Assembly (NCBI GenBank): GCA_963717145.1
Contig: OY970325.1
Location: forward strand, 2,976,001 to 3,040,000
From: an uncultured Armatimonadetes bacterium
GTDB taxonomy: Bacteria; Armatimonadota; UBA5829; DTJY01
DNA: 64,000 bases
Direction: 5' to 3'
The translations under genes were made by a program, and so were the position numbers. The notes beneath the pieces were generated by a model. It was not told the origin of the DNA and searched no databases. It saw nothing but the letters and a program-made list of their open reading frames with translations. Positions 50,177-59,655 of the stretch are shown one piece after another (position 1 is the first letter of the stretch; the number at the start of each line of letters is the position of its first letter).

Positions 50177-50746
50177 GTGACCGTCTTCCTGTCGCAGGCG
50201 CATCCTCGGCCGCTCGTCGGGCCGTGGAGCATCGGATGGGCGCTCGGATTCCACAGCGGATTCAGCGGCGACCAGTGGTCCCGCAGCAAGGTCGGCCAGC
50301 TTGCGTATCAGCTCAAGTATCAGCAGGACCGCGCGGCCCTGAAGCCGCTGGTCGGCCTCATCACGTCCCTCATGGCGGAGCACCGGGAGCTTGCGAACGT
50401 CGATATCATCGCGCCCGTGCCCCCATCAACGGCCAAGGAGTTCGATCACGTCCAAGCATTGTCCGATGCGCTCGGCGGCGGACTCGGGATTCCCGTCCGA
50501 GCAGTGATCACCCGTCTCAGACCGACCGAGCCGCAGAAGGAGATGCGCTCCCTCGCCCAGAAGAAAGCTAACGTGGCGGGAGCGTTCGGGGTCGCCGAGA
50601 ATGTCGCCGGCAAGAGGGTCCTCATCGTGGACGACTTCTACGACTCCGGGGCGACCCTGGAGGAGATCACGCGCGTTCTCCGAACCGCAGGGGCTCTCAG
50701 CACGGCGGTTCTGACCCTGACACGCACGATACATTCGGATTCATGA
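50177..50746 (+). CDS. ComF-like phosphoribosyltransferase
   Basis: LKY, APVPPS, QK...NVAGAF, VLIVDDFYDSGATL. Confidence 0.85.
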   Translation: MTVFLSQAHPRPLVGPWSIGWALGFHSGFSGDQWSRSKVGQLAYQLKYQQDRAALKPLVGLITSLMAEHRELANVDIIAPVPPSTAKEFDHVQALSDALGGGLGIPVRAVITRLRPTEPQKEMRSLAQKKANVAGAFGVAENVAGKRVLIVDDFYDSGATLEEITRVLRTAGALSTAVLTLTRTIHSDS

Positions 50747-50755
50747 TCTGTATCG

Positions 50756-50826
50756 CGTAGGGGCGAAGCATTGGCTTCCGAATTCGATAGCGTGTTGGCA
50801 TACGGTAGCCAATGCTTCGCCCCTAC
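50756..50826. repeat. GTAG-REP doublet (family E); related copy at 57184-57254
   Basis: GTAGgggcgaagcattggct...agccaatgcttcgcccCTAC. Confidence 0.88.
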
Positions 50827-50857
50827 AGGTACCATTGAATTCCATTGAGGAAGAAGT

Positions 50858-51754
50858 ATGAACGACGCTTACTGGCTCGCGCTGAGCACGATACCGGGTA
50901 TCGGTGGGAAGACGGCCAAACTGCTGATCGAGCGGTTCGGCTCGCTCCCGGCGGTATTCGACGCGGACGACGATGAGCTGTCGAGCATCCCGCGCATCAC
51001 TCCCGAGATCGTCTCGGGCCTGAAGAGTGCCCCACTCGAGCAGTTGGAGGACGAGTTGTGCGACCTGAGGAGCGAGGGCATCCGGCTGCTCACGTGGGAC
51101 TCGGATGACTACCCCGCGAACCTGCTGAAGGCCGATGACGCCCCGCCGATGCTCTTCCTCAACGGCTCGATCGAACCCGCGGATGAGCGCGCGGTCGCAG
51201 TGATCGGTTCCCGCGAGGCGAGCGAGGAGTCCGTCGAATCGGCTCGGCGGTTGGCCCGGGAGTTCGCGAGTCGAGGGTTCACCATTATCAGCGGATTGGC
51301 GCTCGGGGTCGATGCCGCCGCTCACGAAGGCGCACTGGATGCGAACGGGAGAACGCTCGGGGTGCTCGGGTGCGGTATCCGGCACATTCATCCCCGGAGC
51401 AATCAGTCGCTGGCGGAACGCATCCTCGAGTCGGGCGGCTTGCTCTCGGAACTGCATCCGAACACTCCGGTTCAGGGGCGAAACCTGATGGCGCGCGACC
51501 GGATCATCAGCGGGCTCAGCCTCGGGGTGATCGTCGTCGAGGCGGGACTCAAGAGTGGGAGCCTCGATACGGCTTCGAAGGCACGGAAACAGGGACGGCT
51601 GGTCGTGGCGGTTCCCGGGAGTCCGGGCGCGGATGAGCTGCTCTCCAGCGGCGCGGTGCCGATCGACCCGGAGTCCCCGGACATCGACGCCCTCTGCGAG
51701 CAGATCGAGGGCCACGAACCTGGCGGCGAAGAGAATCAACTTGGGCTTTGGTGA
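50858..51754 (+). CDS. dprA: DNA-processing protein DprA
   Basis: HhH/SAM N-terminus; VAVIGSR, ISGLALGVDAAAH, RDRIISGLS, VVEAGLKSGSL. Confidence 0.93.
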   Translation: MNDAYWLALSTIPGIGGKTAKLLIERFGSLPAVFDADDDELSSIPRITPEIVSGLKSAPLEQLEDELCDLRSEGIRLLTWDSDDYPANLLKADDAPPMLFLNGSIEPADERAVAVIGSREASEESVESARRLAREFASRGFTIISGLALGVDAAAHEGALDANGRTLGVLGCGIRHIHPRSNQSLAERILESGGLLSELHPNTPVQGRNLMARDRIISGLSLGVIVVEAGLKSGSLDTASKARKQGRLVVAVPGSPGADELLSSGAVPIDPESPDIDALCEQIEGHEPGGEENQLGLW

Positions 51755-51814
51755 TGTCATGGGGCCTATGTGACCGATATGACGCATGAGACCCATGGGA
51801 CAAGCGAGTGAGTA

Positions 51815-52027
51815 GTGAAGAAGCATCCTGGCGGGAGGCCGAAGAATCCGGAGATGCAGTACGTCCACTGCCGAATGTGCCACCGACGCCTGTGCGCCGC
51901 GCCCATCGGCACGGATGTCTACTGCCCGAAGTGCAAGGCATGGACCCCGGTCGAGAAAACGGAGCTTCCGACCCAGGTCGGCGAGTTGTTTGGGCCTTTG
52001 GAGTGCGATGGCTCGACATCGCTTTGA
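51815..52027 (+). CDS. Small putative zinc-ribbon protein
   Basis: PGGRPK, CRMC and CPKC; the stop codon lies inside a palindromic element. Confidence 0.5.
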   Translation: MKKHPGGRPKNPEMQYVHCRMCHRRLCAAPIGTDVYCPKCKAWTPVEKTELPTQVGELFGPLECDGSTSL

Positions 52028-52109
52028 TCCGGGCGGCTTGACGCCCTCCGGAGGGCCGCCGTGTCAAGCCACGGCGCGGAAAAGCGATGTCGAGCCATCG
52101 CACTCCAAA
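51997..52109. repeat. Branched palindromic element (GGAGTGCG family); related copy at 54865-54976
   Basis: tttggagtgcgatggctcgacatcgcttt...aaagcgatgtcgagccatcgcactccaaa. Confidence 0.9.
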
Positions 52110-52131
52110 TGACAGAGCGAGAAGGACAGCC

Positions 52132-53268
52132 ATGACTCCCAAGGAACGCATGCTGAAGACCATGAGGCACGGCACGGCCGATCGAGTGCCGGTCGCGCCC
52201 GATATGTCGAACATGATCCCCGCGCGCTTGACCGGGAAGCCGTTTTGGGACATCTACCTCTACCAGGACCCGCCGCTCTGGATGGCCTACATCGACGCGG
52301 TGAAGTACTTCGGCTTCGATGGATTCCTCGACTATCAGGTACACATCGCGTTCCCGGACGAGATCGGGCCGCCGGATCCGCGCTGGCACAACGTCATCGT
52401 CGAGCGCACGGACGAGCACATCGTGACCCGGATCTACCACGAAGAGGACGGCACGCGCACCTGGAATCCGTTCACGACCGTCTACCAGCGCGCCAACCCG
52501 CCGAGCGGCGGAATCCACTTCAGCAAGCTCGGGCTGCCCGAAGTCCCCGAGCGCTGGGAGCCGATCGAGGGCGTCAAGGAGTGGCCCCAGGGCGAGGCGC
52601 TCTTCCAGGCGGCCTACGAGATGATGGGCGACGCGGGCGTCCTCGGCATCACGTGCGGAACGAGCGTCGTGGTCGGGAACGAGGACGGCATCTACGAGTA
52701 CACGGACAACCCGGAGGCCGTCCGCGAGCGGTCGAGACGGATCCTCGAGGCCTCGAGAAAGCGGTTCGAGAACATCCGCAACATGAAGATCCGCCCCGAT
52801 TACGTGAGTTGTGGCGGCTCGGGGACGCTCATCTTCCAGACCGTCGACATGTTCCGCGACGTCTCCCTGCCGATCGTGCAGGAGGTCACACGCCTGTGCA
52901 AGGATGCCGGCATCGTAAGCCACATTCACTCGTGTGGGCCGGAGACGGCGCTCGTGAAGATCTGCGCCGAGGAGACCGACCTCGACGTGATCGATCCGCT
53001 CGAAGTCCCGCCGATGGGCGACTGCATCCTGCCCGACCTCAAAGCGAAGTACGGCGACCGGCTCGTACTGAAGGGCAACCTGCACACGACCGAGACCATG
53101 CTCCACGGCTCATATGACGATGTCATCCGCGCATCGAGGAAGGCGATCGAGGACGCGGCCCGCGGTGGATCGTTCATTCTCTCGACCGGCGATCAGTGTG
53201 GGCGCGACACGCCGGATCGGAACGTCCAGGCGATGATCGACGCGGTGAATGAATTTGGGAGATACTAG
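52132..53268 (+). CDS. URO-D/MtaA-CmuA family protein
   Basis: MTPKERM...DRVPVAP; HIHSCG; LKGNL; FILSTGDQCG. Confidence 0.85.
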   Translation: MTPKERMLKTMRHGTADRVPVAPDMSNMIPARLTGKPFWDIYLYQDPPLWMAYIDAVKYFGFDGFLDYQVHIAFPDEIGPPDPRWHNVIVERTDEHIVTRIYHEEDGTRTWNPFTTVYQRANPPSGGIHFSKLGLPEVPERWEPIEGVKEWPQGEALFQAAYEMMGDAGVLGITCGTSVVVGNEDGIYEYTDNPEAVRERSRRILEASRKRFENIRNMKIRPDYVSCGGSGTLIFQTVDMFRDVSLPIVQEVTRLCKDAGIVSHIHSCGPETALVKICAEETDLDVIDPLEVPPMGDCILPDLKAKYGDRLVLKGNLHTTETMLHGSYDDVIRASRKAIEDAARGGSFILSTGDQCGRDTPDRNVQAMIDAVNEFGRY

Positions 53269-54856
53269 CAGCCTGTCTGAGAATTCCCCGCTATGTGGGT
53301 GAGTTTCCCATCTGCGGGGTCGCGCTGGCTGCTGTTCGATAGTGTTTTTCGCCGGATTTCCGGCGAGGGTCTGTAAAGACCCCTTGTACCTTGATAATCA
53401 GCCTGATCCAGGTCATATATCTACGTATCGAAGATCGATTTCCGGTCGCCGTATCGGTATAGCTTCAGCATGTTGTGCCCAAGACACGCAAGCGTCCACT
53501 CCGACTTCGCTTTCGCAAGGCCTCGGAGTAGGAAGCCTCGGAAGTTCCGTGCGCTCTTGATCTGGCCGAACACCGGCTCTACCGTCTCCTTCCGCCTCCC
53601 GTAGATCTTTCGGCCAAGAGGAGTCAAGAGCTTTGCTCTCTGGCGATCTGCGGCGGATTGCTTTGCCGGATCAAGGCAGGAAGGCGCCGTCGGCTCTTTG
53701 CCATGACGTTGTCTGTCAGGCGGTATATAAGCGTCGATCCCTTGCTGCTCGACCATCTCTATGTTGTCGCTGCTGAAGTATCCGGCATCGGCGGATAGTT
53801 CTTCCGGTTTCTTTCCGGTGTTCTCCTTGATTGCCTCGATCATGTCACTAAGATGCGGTGAGTCCGCTGCCTGGTTCGTGAGATCACACGCCACTACAAT
53901 CTGATGATCTGCGTCTACCGCAGCTTGTCCGTTGTATGCCTGCACGAAGGCTTTCTTTGCGTCCTTCATTATCCGGCTTTCCGGGTCTGTGAAGTTCCGC
54001 TGTGCCTTCCCTTCCGGCTCTGTCTTTACGGGCCCCGGCTCTCTGCCGCGAGGCTTCTTCCCGGATGCTTCCTGCTCCGCCTTCTCTTGGGCTCGCATCG
54101 CTTCTTCGGCTGATGCTCGCTCTTTGGCCTCGCGCTCCAGCGCTTCTTTTGCTTCCCTGATCTTGGCGAGCCGCTTCTCTCTGGTTGCGAGTTCCTCCGG
54201 GAGTTCGTCTCCTCGGCGGTCAAGACCATATTCCGCGTCTTCCTGGTCGTCCACAGAAAGACCCTTCGCAAGGAGCGCCTCGATCTCAGCCTGAAGCTCT
54301 TTTTCTTTCTCGACCATCCGAGAGTAGCTCATGGCGGAGTGCTTGCTTGCGTTGGCAAGCAGCTTTGTTCCGTCTATGGCTATGTGTTTCATCGACACAA
54401 GCCCGGCGCTTGCGCATAGCCTGAGCACTTGCACAAACAGGTCCGCAAGGGACTTGAGATGCCTCTTCCTGAACTCGCTTATCGTGCGGAAGTCGGGATG
54501 ATTTCCTGCCGCAAGCACCCGGAAGGCTACATCTTCATACGTGGCCAGGGAGAGCTTTCGAGATGAATACACTCCCCGGCACAAACCGTAGAATATGATC
54601 TTTGTAAGCATTGCCGGATGGAACGGCGGCGCTCCTCGGGCCTCTTTCTCGTATGAGGCGTATATCGCGGAAAGGTCGAGACTGTCTACGACATCGCTCA
54701 CAAAGTATGCGAGATGTCCCTCGGGCAGCCACTCCGACATCAAGGGCGGCAACAGCAATATCTGGTCAGGTTGATAAGGAAGGTATGGCTTGCTCATACC
54801 CGTATTTTACTACATACCTGGCACCTTGCGCCAGAGGTTATTTCATGGACAGGCTG
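53269..54856 (-). mobile_element. IS1182-family element, copy 2 (transposase 53421-54797)
   Basis: Protein identical to 23501-24877; CTAG at 53265-53268 and 54857-54860. Confidence 0.93.
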
Positions 54857-54986
54857 CTAGCTGCTTTGGAGTGCGATGGCTCGACATCGCTTTTCTGAGC
54901 CGTGGCTCGACACGGCGCCCCCGGGACGGCGTCAAGCCGCTTGGGTCAAAGCGATGTCGAGCCATCGCACTCCAAAGGGAGGACCA

Positions 54987-56129
54987 ATGGCAAGGGCAAA
55001 ACCGGTGAGTCACGCATCTCTCGCGATCAACGTGAGGCCGTGCGTTCGGCGGGAGGAATACCTGGACTACATGACCTTCCAGGCAAACGACCGCCCGCTG
55101 TTCACGGAGATCTTCGGCCCCCTGATCGGCCTCAAGGAGGAGTGGGCCGAGCAGGGCGCGACTCCCGAGGAGCTTGACCTCACGGCGTACACGTTTCGCG
55201 CGCCGATGAGGGGACGCGTCCCCGTCAATACCGGATGGATCGGCGGAGAACCCGAGGAGGTCCTGGAAGAGTCCGACGACTACACGATCACCCGCGACCG
55301 GATGGGCCGTACGATGAAGCTCCCAAAGGGATACGCCACCCTCGCGCTGCCGCTCGACTATCCGGTCCAAGATATGGACGACTGGCTCAGGGTGAAGCAC
55401 CACTATATGTTCTCAGAGGAACGGTTCGGCGCTGATTGGGAGCAGACGGCGCGCGATCACCTCCAAGCAGGGAAGGCGCTCGTAGTCGGGATCCCCGGCG
55501 GGTTCGACGAGCCGCGACAACTCATGGGTGAAGAGGAACTGTGCGTCGCGTTCTACACTCAGCCGGAGTTGGTCCACGATATGCTGCAAACGATCGGCGA
55601 CACGGCATTCGAGGTGCTGGAGCGCGTCTCATCGGTCGTGCAGGTGGACGAATTGAGCATTCATGAGGACCTCGCCGGCAAGAGCGGTCCGCTGGTCGGC
55701 CCGAAGCAGATCGAGGAGTTCATGAAGCCTTACTACCGGCGCATCTGGGACATGCTCCGCGACCGAGGCGCGAGGCTCTTCAGCCAGGACTCGGACGGCG
55801 ACATGAACCCCGTCATCCAGTCCTTCATGGACGCAGGGGTGAACGTGATGTATCCATTTGAGCCCGCCGCGGGCATGGACATCGTCAAGACTAGGGAGAC
55901 CTATGGAAGCAAGCTGGCGTTCTGGGGCGGTATAGACAAGCACGTCATCCGAAGGAGCAGGGAGGAGATCGAGGCGGAGTTGGAGTATAAGATTCCGCCG
56001 ATGGTTCGTACGGGCGGATGCGTGCTCGGCCTCGATCATCGCATCCCGAACGGCACGCCACTGGATAACTACCGGTTCTATGTACGCAAGGCGTGGGAGA
56101 TCATCGACCGCGAGGCGAATCACCCGTAG
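54987..56129 (+). CDS. URO-D/MtaA-CmuA family protein
   Basis: EDLAGKSGPLVGP, DSDGD, PFEPAAGMD, GGIDK, DHRIP. Confidence 0.85.
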   Translation: MARAKPVSHASLAINVRPCVRREEYLDYMTFQANDRPLFTEIFGPLIGLKEEWAEQGATPEELDLTAYTFRAPMRGRVPVNTGWIGGEPEEVLEESDDYTITRDRMGRTMKLPKGYATLALPLDYPVQDMDDWLRVKHHYMFSEERFGADWEQTARDHLQAGKALVVGIPGGFDEPRQLMGEEELCVAFYTQPELVHDMLQTIGDTAFEVLERVSSVVQVDELSIHEDLAGKSGPLVGPKQIEEFMKPYYRRIWDMLRDRGARLFSQDSDGDMNPVIQSFMDAGVNVMYPFEPAAGMDIVKTRETYGSKLAFWGGIDKHVIRRSREEIEAELEYKIPPMVRTGGCVLGLDHRIPNGTPLDNYRFYVRKAWEIIDREANHP

Positions 56130-56192
56130 TGGCCGTGCCTCTGTGCCGGCCATATGACACAGCAGGCCGGCACAGAGGCACGGCCACTACGG
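56124..56192. repeat. GTAG-REP doublet (family C variant with a compensatory change)
   Basis: ccGTAGtggccgtgcctcTgtgccggcc...ggccggcacAgaggcacggccaCTACgg. Confidence 0.9.
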
Positions 56193-56222
56193 CGCACTAC
56201 TTGAGTAGATCAGAGGCAAAGA

Positions 56223-57176
56223 ATGACACCTAGAGAACGATTCATCACAGCGCTCGAGGGCGGGCAGGTCGAGGGACGCGTGCCTCATTTCGAGCTTGTG
56301 TTCTTCCTCACCATGGAAGCATTCGGGAAGGTGCATCCCTCGCAACTGAGCTTCGGCCAGTGGGACCAGATGGAGGAGAAAGAGCGCCAACTCCACCGCG
56401 AGGATATCGCCGATATGTACATCCTCACGGCCGAGCGGTTCGAGCACGACGCGATCTTCCTCCACCCGAATCCCGGCCGATTCGACGAGATCCTCAGGCT
56501 GATCGACCTCATCCGCGAGAAGACCGGCGACAGGTACTTCCTGATGCTCCACGGCGATGCGACCTACGGCATCCCGAACGGCAGCCACATGGTCGATTTC
56601 AGCTTCCGAATGGTCGATGATCCCGACGGCATGAAGCGCGACGCCGATGCGATGGTCGACGGCGCTCTCAGAAACGCCGAGGAATTCGCGAAACATGGCG
56701 GTCTCGATGGATTCGCCCTCTGCGCCGACTACTGCCTCAACACCGGGCCGTTCCTGAGCCCGAATCAGTTCAGCGAGTTCGTGACCCCGTACCTCACCAG
56801 GCTCACGAAGGGCTATCGCGACATGGGCTTCTACGTCATCAAGCACACCGACGGCAACATCATGCCGATCATCGACCAACTCGTGGAGAGCAATCCCCAC
56901 GCGCTGCACTCGATCGACCCGCAGGCCGGCGTCGACATCGCCGAGGTGAAGCGGCTCTATGGCGACAAGGTCTGCCTGATCGGCAACGTGAACTGCGGGA
57001 TGCTCGACACCGGCACGGACGAGGAAGTGATCGAGTCGGCGCGCTATGCCCTGAGGAGCGGAATGCCCGGCGGCGGATACATCTTCTCGACGAGCAACTG
57101 CATCTACACGGGCATGCGGCTCGCGCGATATGAGCTGATGCTCGACGTCTGGCGCAAAGAGGGAAACTACACGTAG
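56223..57176 (+). CDS. URO-D/MtaA-CmuA family protein
   Basis: MTPRERF, KHTDGNI, IDPQAGVD, LIGNVN, GGGYIFSTSNCI. Confidence 0.85.
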   Translation: MTPRERFITALEGGQVEGRVPHFELVFFLTMEAFGKVHPSQLSFGQWDQMEEKERQLHREDIADMYILTAERFEHDAIFLHPNPGRFDEILRLIDLIREKTGDRYFLMLHGDATYGIPNGSHMVDFSFRMVDDPDGMKRDADAMVDGALRNAEEFAKHGGLDGFALCADYCLNTGPFLSPNQFSEFVTPYLTRLTKGYRDMGFYVIKHTDGNIMPIIDQLVESNPHALHSIDPQAGVDIAEVKRLYGDKVCLIGNVNCGMLDTGTDEEVIESARYALRSGMPGGGYIFSTSNCIYTGMRLARYELMLDVWRKEGNYT

Positions 57177-57267
57177 ACCCGACTGTAGGGGCGAATCTTT
57201 GGCTTCCGGTATCCGATAAGTTTCGGCCGTCGGTAGCCAAAGGTTCGCCCCTACCATGGAGGCCCCG

Positions 57268-58236
57268 ATGTCCGATGACCGATTGAAGGCGCTGACGTTC
57301 GACTACCCGGAGTTCATCCCGCTGACGGTCGCCCTGCTGCCGGCCATGTGGATGAAGTACCGCGACGACCTCCAGGCTCTGGTGGAGAGGCATCCTCTGA
57401 TCTTCGGCCCGTCGAATGGACAGCCGAGGGACTACGATGCCGTCACCGAGAACTACGCGGAGGGCTCCTTCACCGATATCTGGGGCTGCACGTGGTCGAA
57501 TATCCACAAAGGGCTGGCAGCGATAGTGACCGGGAATCCCCTGCCGACCCGGGAATCCGTTCAAGCGTTCAAAGCTCCTTTCACTCCTATCGGCGAGCTT
57601 CCTCACGGGTTCATGTTCATGCGGCTTTACTACCTGCGAGGATTCGAGGAGTTGATGATCGACTTCGCGGAGGAGCCGCCAGAACTGCAGATGCTCATAG
57701 ACCTCGTCTTGGAGCACAACATGCGCGAACTGGAGATCATCCTCTCGAAGCAGCAGGGCAGGCGGATCATCCACTTCGGCGATGACCTCGGGATGCAGCA
57801 CGCGCTCCCGATCAGCCCGGAGAAGTGGCGGAAGTACCTGAAGCCGTGCTACATGCGCCTCTACAGCAGGTGTCGGGAGGCCGGCCACTACGTCTACATG
57901 CACTCCGACGGCCACATGACGGAGATCATCCCCGACCTGATCGAGTGCGGCGTGGACGTCATCAACCCGCAGATACGGGCCAACGGGCTGGAGAACATCG
58001 CGCGCCTCTGCAAGGGGAAGGTGTGCGTCAACCTCGATCTCGACCGCCAGATGTTCCCATTCTGCACGCCGCAGGATATCGATGACCACGTCAGAGTAGC
58101 CGTAGAGACGCTCGGGGCGCCGGAGGGCGGCCTATGGCTCTACGCCGCCCCCTGCGAAAACACCCCGTTGGAGAATATCGAAGCGATCTGCGCCTCGATG
58201 GAGAGATACAGAAGCTACTTCACCGGACGCATGTAG
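57268..58236 (+). CDS. URO-D/MtaA-CmuA family protein
   Basis: LRGFEELMID, GDDLGMQ..ISP, MHSDGH, DLDRQ. Confidence 0.85.
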   Translation: MSDDRLKALTFDYPEFIPLTVALLPAMWMKYRDDLQALVERHPLIFGPSNGQPRDYDAVTENYAEGSFTDIWGCTWSNIHKGLAAIVTGNPLPTRESVQAFKAPFTPIGELPHGFMFMRLYYLRGFEELMIDFAEEPPELQMLIDLVLEHNMRELEIILSKQQGRRIIHFGDDLGMQHALPISPEKWRKYLKPCYMRLYSRCREAGHYVYMHSDGHMTEIIPDLIECGVDVINPQIRANGLENIARLCKGKVCVNLDLDRQMFPFCTPQDIDDHVRVAVETLGAPEGGLWLYAAPCENTPLENIEAICASMERYRSYFTGRM

Positions 58237-59462
58237 TTAGCGCACACATAATCCGCGATCTGTCGTCCGAGCGTCTGGCCGCAGTAGTCCGCAAACCGGA
58301 AGTGGATGCCTGCATAGATACGGCTCCGTCCGTTCTCCAGGCATGCCTGTGAAAACGTCTTGAAACTGCGCGGCCCGGCGAACGGCGAGGTCGAAGGCAG
58401 GGTAAACTGCATCATGTCCGTATGACAGAACAGCGCGAGCACCTTCGCTCCCGCGCCGCCGAACGTGCTGTGGCCTGAGACGTAATCCGGGAACGCCGGG
58501 GTGTTCAATAGTGGTGTCCATCCCGGGACCGGCATGGTGAAGTAGTTCCCATCGGTATCGGCCTCCCTGATCGCAGTGATCGGCCGCCACACATCGTACT
58601 TGTACTTGCAGTCCCACGCGGCGATGCAGGAATCGGCAAGGGCTACGTTCAGGAGCGCGAACAGCCGAGCGTTCTGGGCGAGCGAGAAGTGCCTCTTTGC
58701 CGAGACGATCTGCGCTATCAGACTCCAACGCCCGGGAGGAGACACCGAGCCGACATCATCCGCCCAGAAGAAGGCGATCTGCGTCTGGTCTCTAGTGCGA
58801 TAGCGACTATTCAGTTCGCCCATTAGCTGCACCTCAAACACAGCCATCGCGTAGTCACGACTCCGCATATCGGGCGGCGGCGGGAGAACTATCTGATCCG
58901 CGCTCGTCAGGGCAAATGGAGTGACAGAGGGCCAGTTGACCCCGACGGCGGGTGCGAATCCCGGTGGAGTCGGCCGCCAGACGCCGGGAGCAGGCAGGGC
59001 CGTGTAGGGAACAACATCGCCGGAGTGGTCGGTACTGCGCCAGGCGATGATCGATTCCGCCACGTAGACGCCGACCGCGATTCCATTATCCTTCGCCGGA
59101 CCATCGGGCACCCCTGACAGGGACGATGCCAGCGCCTGATCGTATATGTACTGCCTGGTCGGGAACAGAGAAACCAGCACGCGATGAGCCGCTGTCGCCG
59201 CCGCCGCTTCAGGTGAAGCCGGGTCCTCGGCGGGCGCATCTACATGGTACGGCTCATATGTCCGCTCGATGGAATTGACGGCATCATAGATGGCCGCATG
59301 GACCATCGCTAACGCCCGTGAGCCGAGCGTCGGCCTCAGGTCGGTCGCCTGTATCGTGTCGAGAGTGACGTTGTTCCAGTCGATGACAAGGTCCGCAGAT
59401 GCGGGTGTCAACAGCGCGAAAACGCAGGCTAGACAAGCCAGTAGAAAGATTCGCTGTTTCAT
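58215..59462 (-). CDS. Secreted vanadium-dependent haloperoxidase (PAP2 superfamily)
   Basis: Signal peptide; KYKYDVWRP, PDYVSGH and SRIYAGIHF active-site motifs. Confidence 0.88.
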   Translation of the reverse strand: MKQRIFLLACLACVFALLTPASADLVIDWNNVTLDTIQATDLRPTLGSRALAMVHAAIYDAVNSIERTYEPYHVDAPAEDPASPEAAAATAAHRVLVSLFPTRQYIYDQALASSLSGVPDGPAKDNGIAVGVYVAESIIAWRSTDHSGDVVPYTALPAPGVWRPTPPGFAPAVGVNWPSVTPFALTSADQIVLPPPPDMRSRDYAMAVFEVQLMGELNSRYRTRDQTQIAFFWADDVGSVSPPGRWSLIAQIVSAKRHFSLAQNARLFALLNVALADSCIAAWDCKYKYDVWRPITAIREADTDGNYFTMPVPGWTPLLNTPAFPDYVSGHSTFGGAGAKVLALFCHTDMMQFTLPSTSPFAGPRSFKTFSQACLENGRSRIYAGIHFRFADYCGQTLGRQIADYVCANYMRPVK

Positions 59463-59655
59463 CTCCTATCCTCACCTCATGCTTTGAGTATGGGCGCTCG
59501 CGAATGACAACTGCGGCGTCATGTCTACCGTACCCGTGAATTTACAGAGGCAAACGGTGGGATTGCGCGAATCGTGGAGACGCGATGGATCGGCCGACTG
59601 ATCCATCGATCAGTCGGCGAGGAATGGAGGAGTACTGCTCCGGCTCGGGCTGAGG

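Noticed and set aside
23442-54856. Composite transposon formed by the two IS1182 copies
   Set aside because: Each copy has its own CTAG duplication at an intact local gene end, which fits independent insertions. CTAG is too common to show joint movement.
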